A DNA stretch of 64,000 nucleotides, from IMG/VR virus record IMGVR_UViG_3300003937_000325. One strand, 5' to 3'. Made by a program: the position numbers and the translations under genes. Under the pieces are notes generated by a model that worked only from the letters and a program-made list of their open reading frames with translations, was not told where the DNA came from and made no database searches. Within the stretch, counting starts at the first letter, position 1, and each line of letters begins with the position of its first letter. This DNA comes from a virus (Duplodnaviria > Caudoviricetes). This document shows positions 29,279 through 39,444 of this stretch, in pieces.

Positions 29279-29333
29279 CAATACCTTTTCTTATTAAAAA
29301 TCTTTTACTATATTTTGATTAAAATTAAATTAT

Positions 29334-30542
29334 ATGTCAAAGATAAGAGTATTAGTCCTACCATCCGATAGAACAGGTGTCGGTAAATTTCGTTCAGTTG
29401 AACCTCACATTTTTCTACAAAATCAAAATCCTGATGACTTTCATGTAGATATAGATTACGACCCAAAAATTAATGATGATAACTTTTGGAAAGGTTATGA
29501 TATGGTTCATTTTCATAGAACAATCACTAAAGATTATGATAGTACACCGGCCTTAATCGATAAATTACATAAATGGGGCATAGTAACAGTTGCCGATATT
29601 GATGATTATTGGTTACCAACTAAAGAACATCCCGCACATGCTATGATTCAAAATAATAAGTTGAATCTAAAAATTAGAGCAAACTTAAAAGCTGCTCAAT
29701 ATGTGACAACAACTACAGAGATTTTTGCTCAAGAAATAAAAAAGTTTAATAAAAATGTTTTTGTTTTACCAAACGCGATTAACCCTAATGAACCTCAGTT
29801 TAAACATAAGACAGAACCCTCAGATAAATTAAGATTTGGGTGGTTAGGTGGTTCTTCACATTTACACGATTTAAAAATATTAGATAATTGTTTTAGTAAA
29901 TTAGGTAACTTAAAAGAAAAATATGAGTTATATTTATGTGGTTTTGATACAAGAGGCTCAGTAACTGAAATTGACCAAAAAACAGGTAATCAAAAACAAA
30001 GAGATATTAAACCAGAAGAAACGGTATGGGCGGAGTATGAAAAAATATTCACAAAAAACTATCAGGATGTACCTGAAGAATATAAAAAATACCTTTTAAC
30101 GTATAATCAACAACCTTACAACGATGAAAAATATTATCATAGAGTTTGGACACAACCCGTCACTTCGTACGCTAAAAACTACGCAAAATTTGACGTATCT
30201 TTAGCTCCGATTAAAAATCATATCTTTAATAGAATGAAATCTCAATTAAAAGTAATTGAAGCGGGGTTTTATAAAAAGGCAATTATAGCCTCAAATATTG
30301 GACCTTATACCATCGATTTAAAACACGCACTTAAATATGGTGAATTTGTTGATGGTAATGCATTATTAGTAAATGAAGGTAGAAATCATTCAGATTGGGC
30401 AAAATATATTAAGAAATTGGTTAATAACCCAACATGGGCTGAAGATTTAGGTGAAAGGTTATATGAAACAGTAAAAGACACTTATGATTTAAATGTAGTA
30501 ACAAAAACGAGAGCAGAAATATATAAAACAATAACAAAATGA
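29334..30542 (+). CDS. GT-B fold glycosyltransferase (GT4-like)
   Basis: DIDDYW, FGWLGGSSH and APIKNHIFNRMKSQLKVIEAG motifs. Confidence 0.8.
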   Translation: MSKIRVLVLPSDRTGVGKFRSVEPHIFLQNQNPDDFHVDIDYDPKINDDNFWKGYDMVHFHRTITKDYDSTPALIDKLHKWGIVTVADIDDYWLPTKEHPAHAMIQNNKLNLKIRANLKAAQYVTTTTEIFAQEIKKFNKNVFVLPNAINPNEPQFKHKTEPSDKLRFGWLGGSSHLHDLKILDNCFSKLGNLKEKYELYLCGFDTRGSVTEIDQKTGNQKQRDIKPEETVWAEYEKIFTKNYQDVPEEYKKYLLTYNQQPYNDEKYYHRVWTQPVTSYAKNYAKFDVSLAPIKNHIFNRMKSQLKVIEAGFYKKAIIASNIGPYTIDLKHALKYGEFVDGNALLVNEGRNHSDWAKYIKKLVNNPTWAEDLGERLYETVKDTYDLNVVTKTRAEIYKTITK

Positions 30543-31240
30543 TAGATTTACCATTAAACAAACTTTTATTTTTCGATTTAGAAACTGTAGGTATTGAAAA
30601 AGACTTACCGACACTTAAGAAAAATAAACCAGAATTAGCAAGATTATTTGAGAGTTACTTAGATTGGTTTATTAGGAAATATCCTGACCAAGAAGGTAAA
30701 ACACCTGAAGAGATTTTTATTAATAAGGCCGCATTAGTTGCTGAGTTCTCTAAAATTATAGTAGCATCTTTTTCTTTTATAACTCCAAGTGATGAGGTAC
30801 ATACTCAAACATTTGCCGAAGATGACGAGAAAGAATTATTACTTAAGGTTAGAGACTTATTAAATAAAGTTCAAAAATTAGATTTTCACTTATGTGGACA
30901 TAATATTAAATTTTTTGATATACCAACCTTAGGTAAAAGATTTTTAACTAATAATATTTTACCACCAAAAATATTACCTTCATACGAAACTAAACCGTGG
31001 GAGGTAAAGGCTCTTGACACTAAAGATATTTGGCAGTTTGGTAACAATTTTGGGATATCATCGTTAGATTTAATGTGTGTGTCAATGGGTATTGAAAGTC
31101 CTAAAACGGGGGAAGTAAGTGGTAATTTAGTACACGACACATATTGGAACGCAAATGGATTATCGCCAATAGCGGAATACTGTGAAAAGGATGTAAATGT
31201 ACTTGTCGAATTAATTAGAAAAATTTACAATTTAAAATAA
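30539..31240 (+). CDS. 3'-5' exonuclease, DEDDy / PolB-exo-like
   Basis: FFDLETV, GHNIKFFDIP, YCEKDV. Confidence 0.8.
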   Translation: MIDLPLNKLLFFDLETVGIEKDLPTLKKNKPELARLFESYLDWFIRKYPDQEGKTPEEIFINKAALVAEFSKIIVASFSFITPSDEVHTQTFAEDDEKELLLKVRDLLNKVQKLDFHLCGHNIKFFDIPTLGKRFLTNNILPPKILPSYETKPWEVKALDTKDIWQFGNNFGISSLDLMCVSMGIESPKTGEVSGNLVHDTYWNANGLSPIAEYCEKDVNVLVELIRKIYNLK

Positions 31241-31243
31241 GAT

Positions 31244-31843
31244 ATGTTTAAAAAATTTAATGAATTAAAAAATGATATGTCTAAATTAAAAGACATACAA
31301 AAGCAACTTAGTGATGTGGATATGTCTGACCCTAAAGCGATGTTAGAGTCTTTCGGTGTTGATTATGATGAGTTAGAAAAATCATTTACTCACACAGGAT
31401 TTGAACCAACACAAATAGACTATACTTTTAAGTCCGTTAATCCTGAACCTAAATATCACTATGGTAGTGATTCGGGGTTCGACTTACGAGCTAATGAAAA
31501 AGTGACATTAGAACCATTTGGTAGAGCTTTAATCCCAACAGGCTTATACATTGATGTACCACAAAGGAGTGAGGTACAAGTAAGACCTAAAAGTGGTTTA
31601 GCTATTAAGAAAGGTTTAACCGTCCTTAACACACCAGGTACTGTGGACGAAGGATACACAGGGGAAATAAAAGTTATATTAATTAATCTTAGTAATGAAA
31701 CTCAAGTAATCGAATTTGGAGATAAAATTGCACAAGCGGTAATATGTCCCGTAATTCAAGGTCGAGACGTTAAGTTAAATAGAGTTAAAGAAATTAAAGA
31801 AAAAGACCGTAACTCAAACGGATTTGGTTCTACAGGAAATTAA
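31244..31843 (+). CDS. dut: Trimeric dUTPase with N-terminal extension
   Basis: SGFDL, RPKSGL, PGTVDEGYTGEI, IAQ and GFGSTG motifs. Confidence 0.92.
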   Translation: MFKKFNELKNDMSKLKDIQKQLSDVDMSDPKAMLESFGVDYDELEKSFTHTGFEPTQIDYTFKSVNPEPKYHYGSDSGFDLRANEKVTLEPFGRALIPTGLYIDVPQRSEVQVRPKSGLAIKKGLTVLNTPGTVDEGYTGEIKVILINLSNETQVIEFGDKIAQAVICPVIQGRDVKLNRVKEIKEKDRNSNGFGSTGN

Positions 31844-31853
31844 ATAAAATTTT

Positions 31854-33254
31854 ATGATAACAATTGGATATTGTACTAAAAAAATTGACCCTAAGTTTAA
31901 AGAATATATAGAACAGTCTTGCGGTGTTCATAAAATGGAGGTCATACCTTTTGAAAATCCAGGTACCCATTCATTAAGTGAGGCTTATAATATAATTTTA
32001 GAAAAGGCAAGTAACGATATAGTAGTATTATGTCACGATGACCTTTACTTCGAAAAGAAGAATTGGGGAAATAAGGTACTTAAACATTTTAAAAGAAATC
32101 CTGAATATGGTATTTTAGGGGTCGCAGGTACTAAATTTTTTCCTAAGTCGGCAAGATGGTGGGAAATTACCGAAGAGATGTTAGGTATAGTTAACCACCA
32201 ACAAGGTGAAAAAAAATGGACTAACCAATATAGTGAATCAAAGGGTAGTAAATTAGATGAAACCGTCATTGTTGATGGTCTTTTCATCGCTTTAGATAAA
32301 ACTAAAATAAAACATACTTTTGATGAATCTTTTAATGGATTTCATTTTTATGATTTAGGTTTTAGTTTTAAAAATCACATTAGTGGAGTTAAGATTGGAG
32401 TATTTTATGATGTGAGAATAACCCACCTTTCAATAGGTCAGACAAATAATGAATGGGAAAATAATAGGTTAAAATTCTTAAGTATGTACGAGGATAAATT
32501 ACCTATACTTTTACCTACTAAATTTAATAAAAAACCAATAAAGAAAGGTGAACCCTTAGTAACTTTAGCGATGCCAATTTATAATTATGCTAAAAGGTTA
32601 AATCCTACTTTACAATCCGTTTATAACCAAGATTATACTAATTTCGAAATTACTTTAGTTAATGATGGTTCAGATGATGAGTACTGTTTAATGAAATTAG
32701 ATTCATTAGAAGGTCAGGAAGGTATACGAATTATACATAAAGAGAATACTGGAGTTTCTGACACTCGAAACGTGGCGGTTAGAGAAGGTAAAGGTGAATA
32801 CATTTTACCTTTAGATGCTGATGATATGATTTATCCTGGTTACCTTAAAACAGGTGTTAACATTATAAAGAAAAACCCTAAAATAAGTCCTGTTTATTGC
32901 GATACTGTTCATGTTGGTGAAATGCAGGGGTTAGAAAAAAGACCTGAGTGGTCAAAAGAAAGACTTTTACAGGGTCCATTTATAGTTAATAGTTCTATGT
33001 ATTCCCGTGAAGCTTATAATTCAATAGAGGGTTACAGTACAGAAATGAAAGGATGGGTAGATTATGACTTATGGGTACAAATGATGGATGCCGGATTTAT
33101 TGGTAAAAGAATCCCTAAGGGACTATTTATTTATTTCCACCATGAAAGTGAAGGTAAGGGGTCAGTCTCTACATCTGCACGACAAAATATGGGGGAATTA
33201 CATAAAACAGTCTTGGAAAGACATAAAAAAAGAAAAAACAACAGTAATGAGTAG
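31854..33254 (+). CDS. Two-domain GT-A glycosyltransferase (GT2-like x2)
   Basis: LCHDD in domain 1; VNDGS, GVSDTRN and PLDADD in domain 2. Confidence 0.85.
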   Translation: MITIGYCTKKIDPKFKEYIEQSCGVHKMEVIPFENPGTHSLSEAYNIILEKASNDIVVLCHDDLYFEKKNWGNKVLKHFKRNPEYGILGVAGTKFFPKSARWWEITEEMLGIVNHQQGEKKWTNQYSESKGSKLDETVIVDGLFIALDKTKIKHTFDESFNGFHFYDLGFSFKNHISGVKIGVFYDVRITHLSIGQTNNEWENNRLKFLSMYEDKLPILLPTKFNKKPIKKGEPLVTLAMPIYNYAKRLNPTLQSVYNQDYTNFEITLVNDGSDDEYCLMKLDSLEGQEGIRIIHKENTGVSDTRNVAVREGKGEYILPLDADDMIYPGYLKTGVNIIKKNPKISPVYCDTVHVGEMQGLEKRPEWSKERLLQGPFIVNSSMYSREAYNSIEGYSTEMKGWVDYDLWVQMMDAGFIGKRIPKGLFIYFHHESEGKGSVSTSARQNMGELHKTVLERHKKRKNNSNE

Positions 33255-33393
33255 TATTGACCAACAAAATAACGGTAACCCTCACACACATGAAACTAGA
33301 AATTCGTTCAATCAAAAAGTGGCAAAATTATCTATGTTAGGTAGAAGTAAAAAGGTACAGTGGAGTGATAAACGAAGATATCGAAACATATAA
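33247..33393 (+). CDS. 48-aa basic hypothetical protein (start revised to 33247)
   Basis: MSSIDQQ...KVQWSDKRRYRNI; this ATG overlaps the upstream stop, whereas the track start is buried inside the GT2 gene. Confidence 0.5.
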   Translation: MSSIDQQNNGNPHTHETRNSFNQKVAKLSMLGRSKKVQWSDKRRYRNI

Positions 33394-34223
33394 TGAAAAA
33401 TAATCCTAATATCGAAGCTTTTGATGAATTTGGTTTTATCTTATGGTACTACCTACCAGTCGCTTATCATCAATATTTAGAAGGTAATCTAAAATCGACT
33501 GCAAGTAAAATTGGTAGTGGACCCGTGTTTTATTTTTCTCCGAACCATACTGAGGTTAATAAACATTTTGACCCACCACTTTTACATCATTACTTAACTA
33601 CAGAACATAAAAATGTGTGCTACGGTTTAAATAGCCCTAAGTTTACTAATGATAAATGGACACCTCCACCACTCAAAGAGTTCTATAAAAATGATAAGTA
33701 TAAGTATGATAAACCAATTTTAACTATACATAATAAAAACACTAAAGAATGGGGTCGTCACCCTCATAATTACTTTAATAGTGAAATATTAGAAAAAATG
33801 TTTATCACTTTTGAAAATGATTATCAAATAATTTATATAAGACCGCCTGATAAATCTGATGACTACAAATTACAAATAGATACCGGACAAGGAACTTTAG
33901 ATATTGGTGATAAAGAAGTTTTAAAAAGACATCCTTCGGTTATTAATATTGAAACATTGTTACATGAAACAGATAAAACTTATAATGAAGTTCAATTTAT
34001 GGTATTAGCAAATTCAGAACATCACTTGACTCCGGCTGGTGACGCGGTTATTCCCTCATACTTTGGTGGTGATGTTTTTATTTATAATTGTCCTCGTTGT
34101 ATATCCGCTTCAAGAGGTGTTTGGAAAACTGGTTCATGGATGGAAAAATTATCGGGCTCTAAAATATATGGATTTAATAATTATAATCAGTTATTAATTA
34201 ACTCAAAAGATAAGTGGTTATAA
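33393..34223 (+). CDS. Putative glycosyltransferase-like protein
   Basis: EFG...LP N-terminus, Rossmann-like pattern and cluster context. Confidence 0.4.
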   Translation: MKNNPNIEAFDEFGFILWYYLPVAYHQYLEGNLKSTASKIGSGPVFYFSPNHTEVNKHFDPPLLHHYLTTEHKNVCYGLNSPKFTNDKWTPPPLKEFYKNDKYKYDKPILTIHNKNTKEWGRHPHNYFNSEILEKMFITFENDYQIIYIRPPDKSDDYKLQIDTGQGTLDIGDKEVLKRHPSVINIETLLHETDKTYNEVQFMVLANSEHHLTPAGDAVIPSYFGGDVFIYNCPRCISASRGVWKTGSWMEKLSGSKIYGFNNYNQLLINSKDKWL

Positions 34224-34224
34224 T

Positions 34225-34938
34225 TTATCTTTGATGTAGTAACATCCCATAATATTTAGGTTTACATTCCCCTAACCACCATTGCATTTCAGAAAAACTA
34301 CTCATATTGGTGCCGTAAATGTCCGTAGACAAACTACCTAAGTATTGGTCTATTAATATATCTTGCATACCTTCCACAGTGGTAAAATCCCCAAACTTGG
34401 TTCTTTTAGGTGTGGTGTAAACATCATATCTTTGTTTAATTAAATTTGTTGTCTCGGTGTCATCACAGGTTAATAAAATTTTACCTTCAACTTTATCCAT
34501 TATCTTAAAAAGATTATCTTTTTTAAAATGTCTACCCCATGAGTTATATTCGTGAGGAAAACTTCTAAAAGTTCTAACACTAACCGCACTATAATCGCCC
34601 AACCTATCTTTCTCTTCTTTAATTTTATTTGTAATGTAATCGATAGGTTCTAAAGTTTTAATCACTTCAATATATCTTTTCTTAAGGTCGGATGGTAAGT
34701 TATCTTTACCTCCTTCATTATGTGTGTTCATTTTATGGTGAATAAATTTACAGTCAGATACACTATTTATCGCACTACCATTAAAGATATTTTTATATAA
34801 ATCATTAAATTCACATCTAACTCCACCACCACTTTTAGGTACATTCCATAAAAGATTTATATCTCCATACTCCACTATGGATGATATGATACATTTCATT
34901 CTATTAGAAATACCACCATATGGATTACAGTTAATCAT
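34225..34938 (-). CDS. Putative fucosyltransferase-like (NodZ/GT23-like) protein
   Basis: GGISNRMKCIIS N-terminus, AVSVRT, LLTCDD and GTNMSSFS motifs. Confidence 0.55.
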   Translation of the reverse strand: MINCNPYGGISNRMKCIISSIVEYGDINLLWNVPKSGGGVRCEFNDLYKNIFNGSAINSVSDCKFIHHKMNTHNEGGKDNLPSDLKKRYIEVIKTLEPIDYITNKIKEEKDRLGDYSAVSVRTFRSFPHEYNSWGRHFKKDNLFKIMDKVEGKILLTCDDTETTNLIKQRYDVYTTPKRTKFGDFTTVEGMQDILIDQYLGSLSTDIYGTNMSSFSEMQWWLGECKPKYYGMLLHQR

Positions 34939-35614
34939 AAAATTGTTTAATTGGTTTTATTAATAATGGAAGTTTATCATTCGTAAAAATAACATATTCC
35001 ACATCCTTCCATCTTTGAAATTCAGTATACCCTATATCAGTAATATCTGTAAACTTACTTTCCACAAAATTTAAAAAATTTCTCTGATAGTCGGTAAAAG
35101 ATTCACTCGATTTATTTGGGGTATTTAAATCAAAAAGTCTATTATGTTTTTCTAATGTAGGTAAAACTAAAGAATTTTTAAATAACCCGTTAGATACCGA
35201 CGCGTGATTATTATCCCAATATGATGCAACAAAACTATGATTTTTTATTTTTTGTAAAAAATAACTTACCGTATTTTTAAGATTAGGTATATAATCATCT
35301 TCAATCAAAAAAGAATAATCATATTCACCATATGTTTCCATAATCCCTTTTTCCCAAGCACCATAAGAACCACCTACATTTTCCCTAGTAAATAAATTTC
35401 CTTGTAAACTACTTTTTTCTATAAATTTATTTATCGTATCAATACAATATTGGTCATATTCAATATTAGTTTTGTTAATTACAAATGTAAAACCATCAAT
35501 ATCATCAGGATTACTAGATAAAAATTCAATATGTTTATTTAATAACATTTTAAAATCAGTGTGTATTCCCGCTCTTCTTCTACCACAATATATGCTTACT
35601 ATATAATTTACCAT
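34931..35614 (-). CDS. Putative GT-A glycosyltransferase
   Basis: RENVGGSYGAW and FLIEDDY. Confidence 0.55.
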   Translation of the reverse strand: MVNYIVSIYCGRRRAGIHTDFKMLLNKHIEFLSSNPDDIDGFTFVINKTNIEYDQYCIDTINKFIEKSSLQGNLFTRENVGGSYGAWEKGIMETYGEYDYSFLIEDDYIPNLKNTVSYFLQKIKNHSFVASYWDNNHASVSNGLFKNSLVLPTLEKHNRLFDLNTPNKSSESFTDYQRNFLNFVESKFTDITDIGYTEFQRWKDVEYVIFTNDKLPLLIKPIKQFYD

Positions 35615-35620
35615 AGTTTT

Positions 35621-36298
35621 TTATAATTTATTATTTTTATATTCTCGATGGTATGACCTACCTATATGACCAACAAAAGGGTCCCATATTGAACCAAAAT
35701 CAATCATAGTACACTTATCGCCAATCTCATCATAAAGTTCATCTACAATAACATTAGTCGCCATAGAAGATGATAAACCGAAGACTACGTCATCGTATCT
35801 TTCCGTCATTTTTATCATATCACTTTTAATTCTTTCTTTATCTAAAAAACAATTAACAGATGGTACACTAATAAAATCAGTATATTTAATATCTAATTTC
35901 TTTAATTTATCACTTGATACAATAACAAAGTTTCTACTTTCTAATGATTTAACTAATGGTTTTAATTGTCCACTTAGAGCCGAGTCTTCCCATATACCCG
36001 CATTAACCCAATCAATATTTATATTATTGTTTTTTATAAATGGTAGTAAAATATTAAGTATATTTTTTATCTGTCCGTGGTCTAAATTCCATATTGCTTT
36101 ATAATAACCCTTATCGTTATTTAATGCATTATTAAGAGATTCCCTCATTTCAGGAAAATATTTATGACCATCACAATTTTGACCGTTTTTACCAATAGTA
36201 CAAAACCATTCTCCGTCTCCCCATCGAGTAAATGAAAAATTATCCTTACTATTTATTTTTTCTATATAATACTCAATTGGGTTATTTTTTATATTCAT
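35621..36298 (-). CDS. GT-D fold (DUF1792-like) glycosyltransferase
   Basis: FSFTRWGDGEW and IDFGSIWD motifs correspond to the DUF1792 'RFGDGE...DIG' signature. Confidence 0.65.
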   Translation of the reverse strand: MNIKNNPIEYYIEKINSKDNFSFTRWGDGEWFCTIGKNGQNCDGHKYFPEMRESLNNALNNDKGYYKAIWNLDHGQIKNILNILLPFIKNNNINIDWVNAGIWEDSALSGQLKPLVKSLESRNFVIVSSDKLKKLDIKYTDFISVPSVNCFLDKERIKSDMIKMTERYDDVVFGLSSSMATNVIVDELYDEIGDKCTMIDFGSIWDPFVGHIGRSYHREYKNNKL

Positions 36299-36310
36299 AG
36301 TCCCTTATTT

Positions 36311-37342
36311 TTAATACCCTAACATTGATGTGTCATATTTATCATATAATTCAGTTTGTTGACCTATCGATTTAGAGGGTTTAATGTTAATTTTTGGTAA
36401 GTCTAAATTTAAATCACCGATAAAATCTCTTATAATTTTTAATTGATTTTCTAAATCAAAACAAAGGTCTTCATATTTTATAACCAAATCGGCCTCTTTA
36501 CAAGACTTAATCGATTCATTTATATAATACTTTATCTTACCGTCTAAATCGTTAATACCGATATTTCCATACTTATTATGGGGTATGTACTTTTTCTTCA
36601 CTGCCATATCAATTGGGTGTCTCATAATATATACAGTTTTACATTTAGGAAAATCTTTTCTAAGTACATCATTTATAAACATAAAATGCCCATGTTTAAT
36701 CGCAAATTTATCAGGATTTTTTAATCTTTTTTTTACAAAATTAATTACTCTTTTAAAATCTTTTTTTCTCCATGAAGCGTCAAATTCTTGCACAAAACTA
36801 CCTTTACCAAAATCTAATGAATCCGCACCAATTTCTCTACCTACGTAAAATCCGAAACCTTCAAATATTTCGGCAACTACTCTACTTCCAGTACCACCAA
36901 AACCACCTATAAAAATCTTACTAACAGGTTCTTTAATATATTTCATATGAAGGTACTTTTCACCTCTAACTATTTTAACCTCACCAGTTTCTACAAAACC
37001 TAATGACTCATATAATTTTTTGGCGAAATTGTTTTCAAAAACCCATAAAGTTGCGTAATTTTTATTTTCTAAATATAAATTATAGGCTTGTCTAGCATAT
37101 CCTTTTTTACGAAAATCAGGGTGTATATCACACCCAACCTCATCACCATTAGTTCTAATATAACCAACAGGTTCTTCATTAACCTCAATTATAAACCATA
37201 AAGGATTATAAGATTCAAACCATGATTTACATTCATCACTTGTAAATTCTGAATCATTTTCTAAAAATTTTCTAGTTGACTCATCATTCCTAACTTCAAT
37301 TAAAAAGTTTAAATCATCTACAGTTAGTTTTCTTAATATCAT
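36311..37342 (-). CDS. GNAT N-acetyltransferase (PseH-like) fused to a PAPS-dependent sulfotransferase
   Basis: DIHPDFRKKGYA and NNFAKKLYESLGF (GNAT); IGGFGGTGSRVV (5'-PSB), YIMRHPID (3'-PB) and IKYEDL (sulfotransferase). Confidence 0.75.
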   Translation of the reverse strand: MILRKLTVDDLNFLIEVRNDESTRKFLENDSEFTSDECKSWFESYNPLWFIIEVNEEPVGYIRTNGDEVGCDIHPDFRKKGYARQAYNLYLENKNYATLWVFENNFAKKLYESLGFVETGEVKIVRGEKYLHMKYIKEPVSKIFIGGFGGTGSRVVAEIFEGFGFYVGREIGADSLDFGKGSFVQEFDASWRKKDFKRVINFVKKRLKNPDKFAIKHGHFMFINDVLRKDFPKCKTVYIMRHPIDMAVKKKYIPHNKYGNIGINDLDGKIKYYINESIKSCKEADLVIKYEDLCFDLENQLKIIRDFIGDLNLDLPKINIKPSKSIGQQTELYDKYDTSMLGY

Positions 37343-38524
37343 TTACCACCCTTTTTTAATTGTATCTACGATATATTGTCGGTCTTCAGGGGTTACCCAC
37401 CAACCAACTGGTATAGATACCATCTTACCAATAGTTTTATCTAAATTAGGTAAACTACAAACAAATTCTCTAACACACGTATGCTTATCATTTCTTTCGT
37501 GTACCTGAGAAACCGATATTCCATGGTCACCCATATGTTTATAGAATCTATCCCTATCATTAACAAGTACAGAATAAATCCAAAAAGAGGAATCAAATCC
37601 ATCTTCTCTTTTTAATAATGTAAGTCCCTCGACATCTTTAAGATTTTCATCGTAAAATTTAGCGTTAGATTTATGTTTTTCAATTATCTCGTCAGCATGT
37701 TTTAAATTTTCAATACCTACAGTCGCACAGACATCATTCATATGGAATTTATAACCCCATTCCTCAATATCCGCTTCACATCTAAAATCTTTTCTATCAC
37801 CATCACGGTCAATACCGTACCACCTTATTAGTCTAGCTCTATCGTTTAACTTCTTATGTGGAGAAAGTAGTAACCCACCATCAATAGATGTTATATGTTT
37901 TATGGCCTGTAATGAAAACATGGTTAAATTACCATGTGTACCAATACTTTTTCCTTTATATGTTGAACCAAAAGAGTGTGCTCCATCCTCTATCACCGCA
38001 GGTTTAAAACCATACATACGATGTGCTCTTTCTTGTATTTCTTTTATTTTATCTAAATCGTTTGGATAACCTCCCCAATGAACTAACATAATAACTTTAG
38101 TTTTTGGTGTGATTTTTCTTGCTAAGTCATCTAAATCCATATTTAAAGTTTCAGGGTCAATATCCACCCATTTGATGTTTAAATTATTTGCCAATACAGG
38201 CCAATTAGATGCGGTACAAGTTAATGGGGTGGCTAAAACCTCGTCCCCTTCTTCTAAACCTGGCCATTTTGAATCGTAACCAATAACACCCTCATAAACT
38301 ACCTGATTTGTTGATGGTTTTTTTAATAAATGTAAAGCTAAATGAAGTGCTGATGTACCTGCATTTACCGTTGATACGTAGTCGTGATTAAAATGAGTTT
38401 TCATCATTTCTTCTAATTCATTTACTTTAGGTCCTTGACCAATATATCCGCTATTGATTACTTTAGTTACCTCTTCAGCCGCTGTTGGAGCCATGAATAC
38501 CTTGAATAAGTCTATTTTTTTCAT
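37343..38524 (-). CDS. DegT/DnrJ/EryC1/StrS PLP-dependent nucleotide-sugar aminotransferase
   Basis: NAGTSALHLA, VHWGG, EDGAHSFG, SLQAIKH (PLP Lys) and YKFHMND. Confidence 0.92.
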   Translation of the reverse strand: MKKIDLFKVFMAPTAAEEVTKVINSGYIGQGPKVNELEEMMKTHFNHDYVSTVNAGTSALHLALHLLKKPSTNQVVYEGVIGYDSKWPGLEEGDEVLATPLTCTASNWPVLANNLNIKWVDIDPETLNMDLDDLARKITPKTKVIMLVHWGGYPNDLDKIKEIQERAHRMYGFKPAVIEDGAHSFGSTYKGKSIGTHGNLTMFSLQAIKHITSIDGGLLLSPHKKLNDRARLIRWYGIDRDGDRKDFRCEADIEEWGYKFHMNDVCATVGIENLKHADEIIEKHKSNAKFYDENLKDVEGLTLLKREDGFDSSFWIYSVLVNDRDRFYKHMGDHGISVSQVHERNDKHTCVREFVCSLPNLDKTIGKMVSIPVGWWVTPEDRQYIVDTIKKGW

Positions 38525-38627
38525 ATTATGTTGTTTTATATACTATAAGTTATTAATTTACTTATAAAAATAAACAAACAATTTAGATTTTTAAATAGTC
38601 TACTACATTTAGGATAAAATTATAATT

Positions 38628-39443
38628 ATGAGCATAGTAGGTATAGTTGGAAATGGGTTTGTGGGAGAATCACAAATTTTTGCATTTTCACCAACAAATG
38701 AAATAAGAGTGTATGATATCGACCCTCTAAAGTCGACACATACTAAAGAAGAAACCCATAAATCTGATTTTATATTTGTATGTGTACCAACACCTATGAG
38801 TGTTGACGGAAGACAAGATTTATCTTTTATAGAAAAAGTTTTTGAAGAATCCGTTGAGGGACCAATATACATTATTAAATCGACCGTGTTACCCGGAACC
38901 ACAGAAAAATTACAAGAAAAATATCCTCACTTAAGTATAATATTTTCACCTGAATTTTTAACTGAGAGAACTGCTAAATTAGATATGTTAACTCAAGCTA
39001 GAATAATTTTTGGTGGAGATAGAAAAATTACCAATAAGGTTGAGAAACTATTTTCAAACAGGTTTATGAATCGTCACTTTATACATACTGATTCAAAAAC
39101 CGCCGAATTTATAAAGTATATGAATAATACTTTTTTTGCAACTAAAGTGTCATTAATGAATGAGTACCATAGATTAGCTAATTTAGTTGGAGTTAATTGG
39201 GATGATGCAATGTACGGGTTTTCATCGGATGGTCGTATTGGTGACTCCCACTTACATGTACCAGGACCTGACGGTAAATTAGGTTTTGGTGGTACCTGTT
39301 TTCCTAAAGATATTAACGCATTAATCTCCATGGCTAATGATGTCGGTGTTAATATGAATGTGTTAGGTGCCGCCTGGAAAACTAATTTAGAAGTTAGACC
39401 TGAGCAAGATTGGAATAAACTAAAAGGTAGGGCAATAAGTTAA
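38628..39443 (+). CDS. ugd: UDP-glucose/GDP-mannose 6-dehydrogenase (short form)
   Basis: GNGFVG, CVPTP, KSTV, PEFL, KYMNN and GFGGTCFPKD (catalytic Cys). Confidence 0.85.
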   Translation: MSIVGIVGNGFVGESQIFAFSPTNEIRVYDIDPLKSTHTKEETHKSDFIFVCVPTPMSVDGRQDLSFIEKVFEESVEGPIYIIKSTVLPGTTEKLQEKYPHLSIIFSPEFLTERTAKLDMLTQARIIFGGDRKITNKVEKLFSNRFMNRHFIHTDSKTAEFIKYMNNTFFATKVSLMNEYHRLANLVGVNWDDAMYGFSSDGRIGDSHLHVPGPDGKLGFGGTCFPKDINALISMANDVGVNMNVLGAAWKTNLEVRPEQDWNKLKGRAIS

Positions 39444-39444
39444 T

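Noticed and set aside
34218-38625. Imperfect inverted repeats (TTATAATTTATC / GATAAAATTATAA) flanking the minus-strand sugar cassette, suggesting an invertible segment
   Set aside because: Short, nearly all A/T and gapped, so expected by chance in this composition; no recombinase in the window
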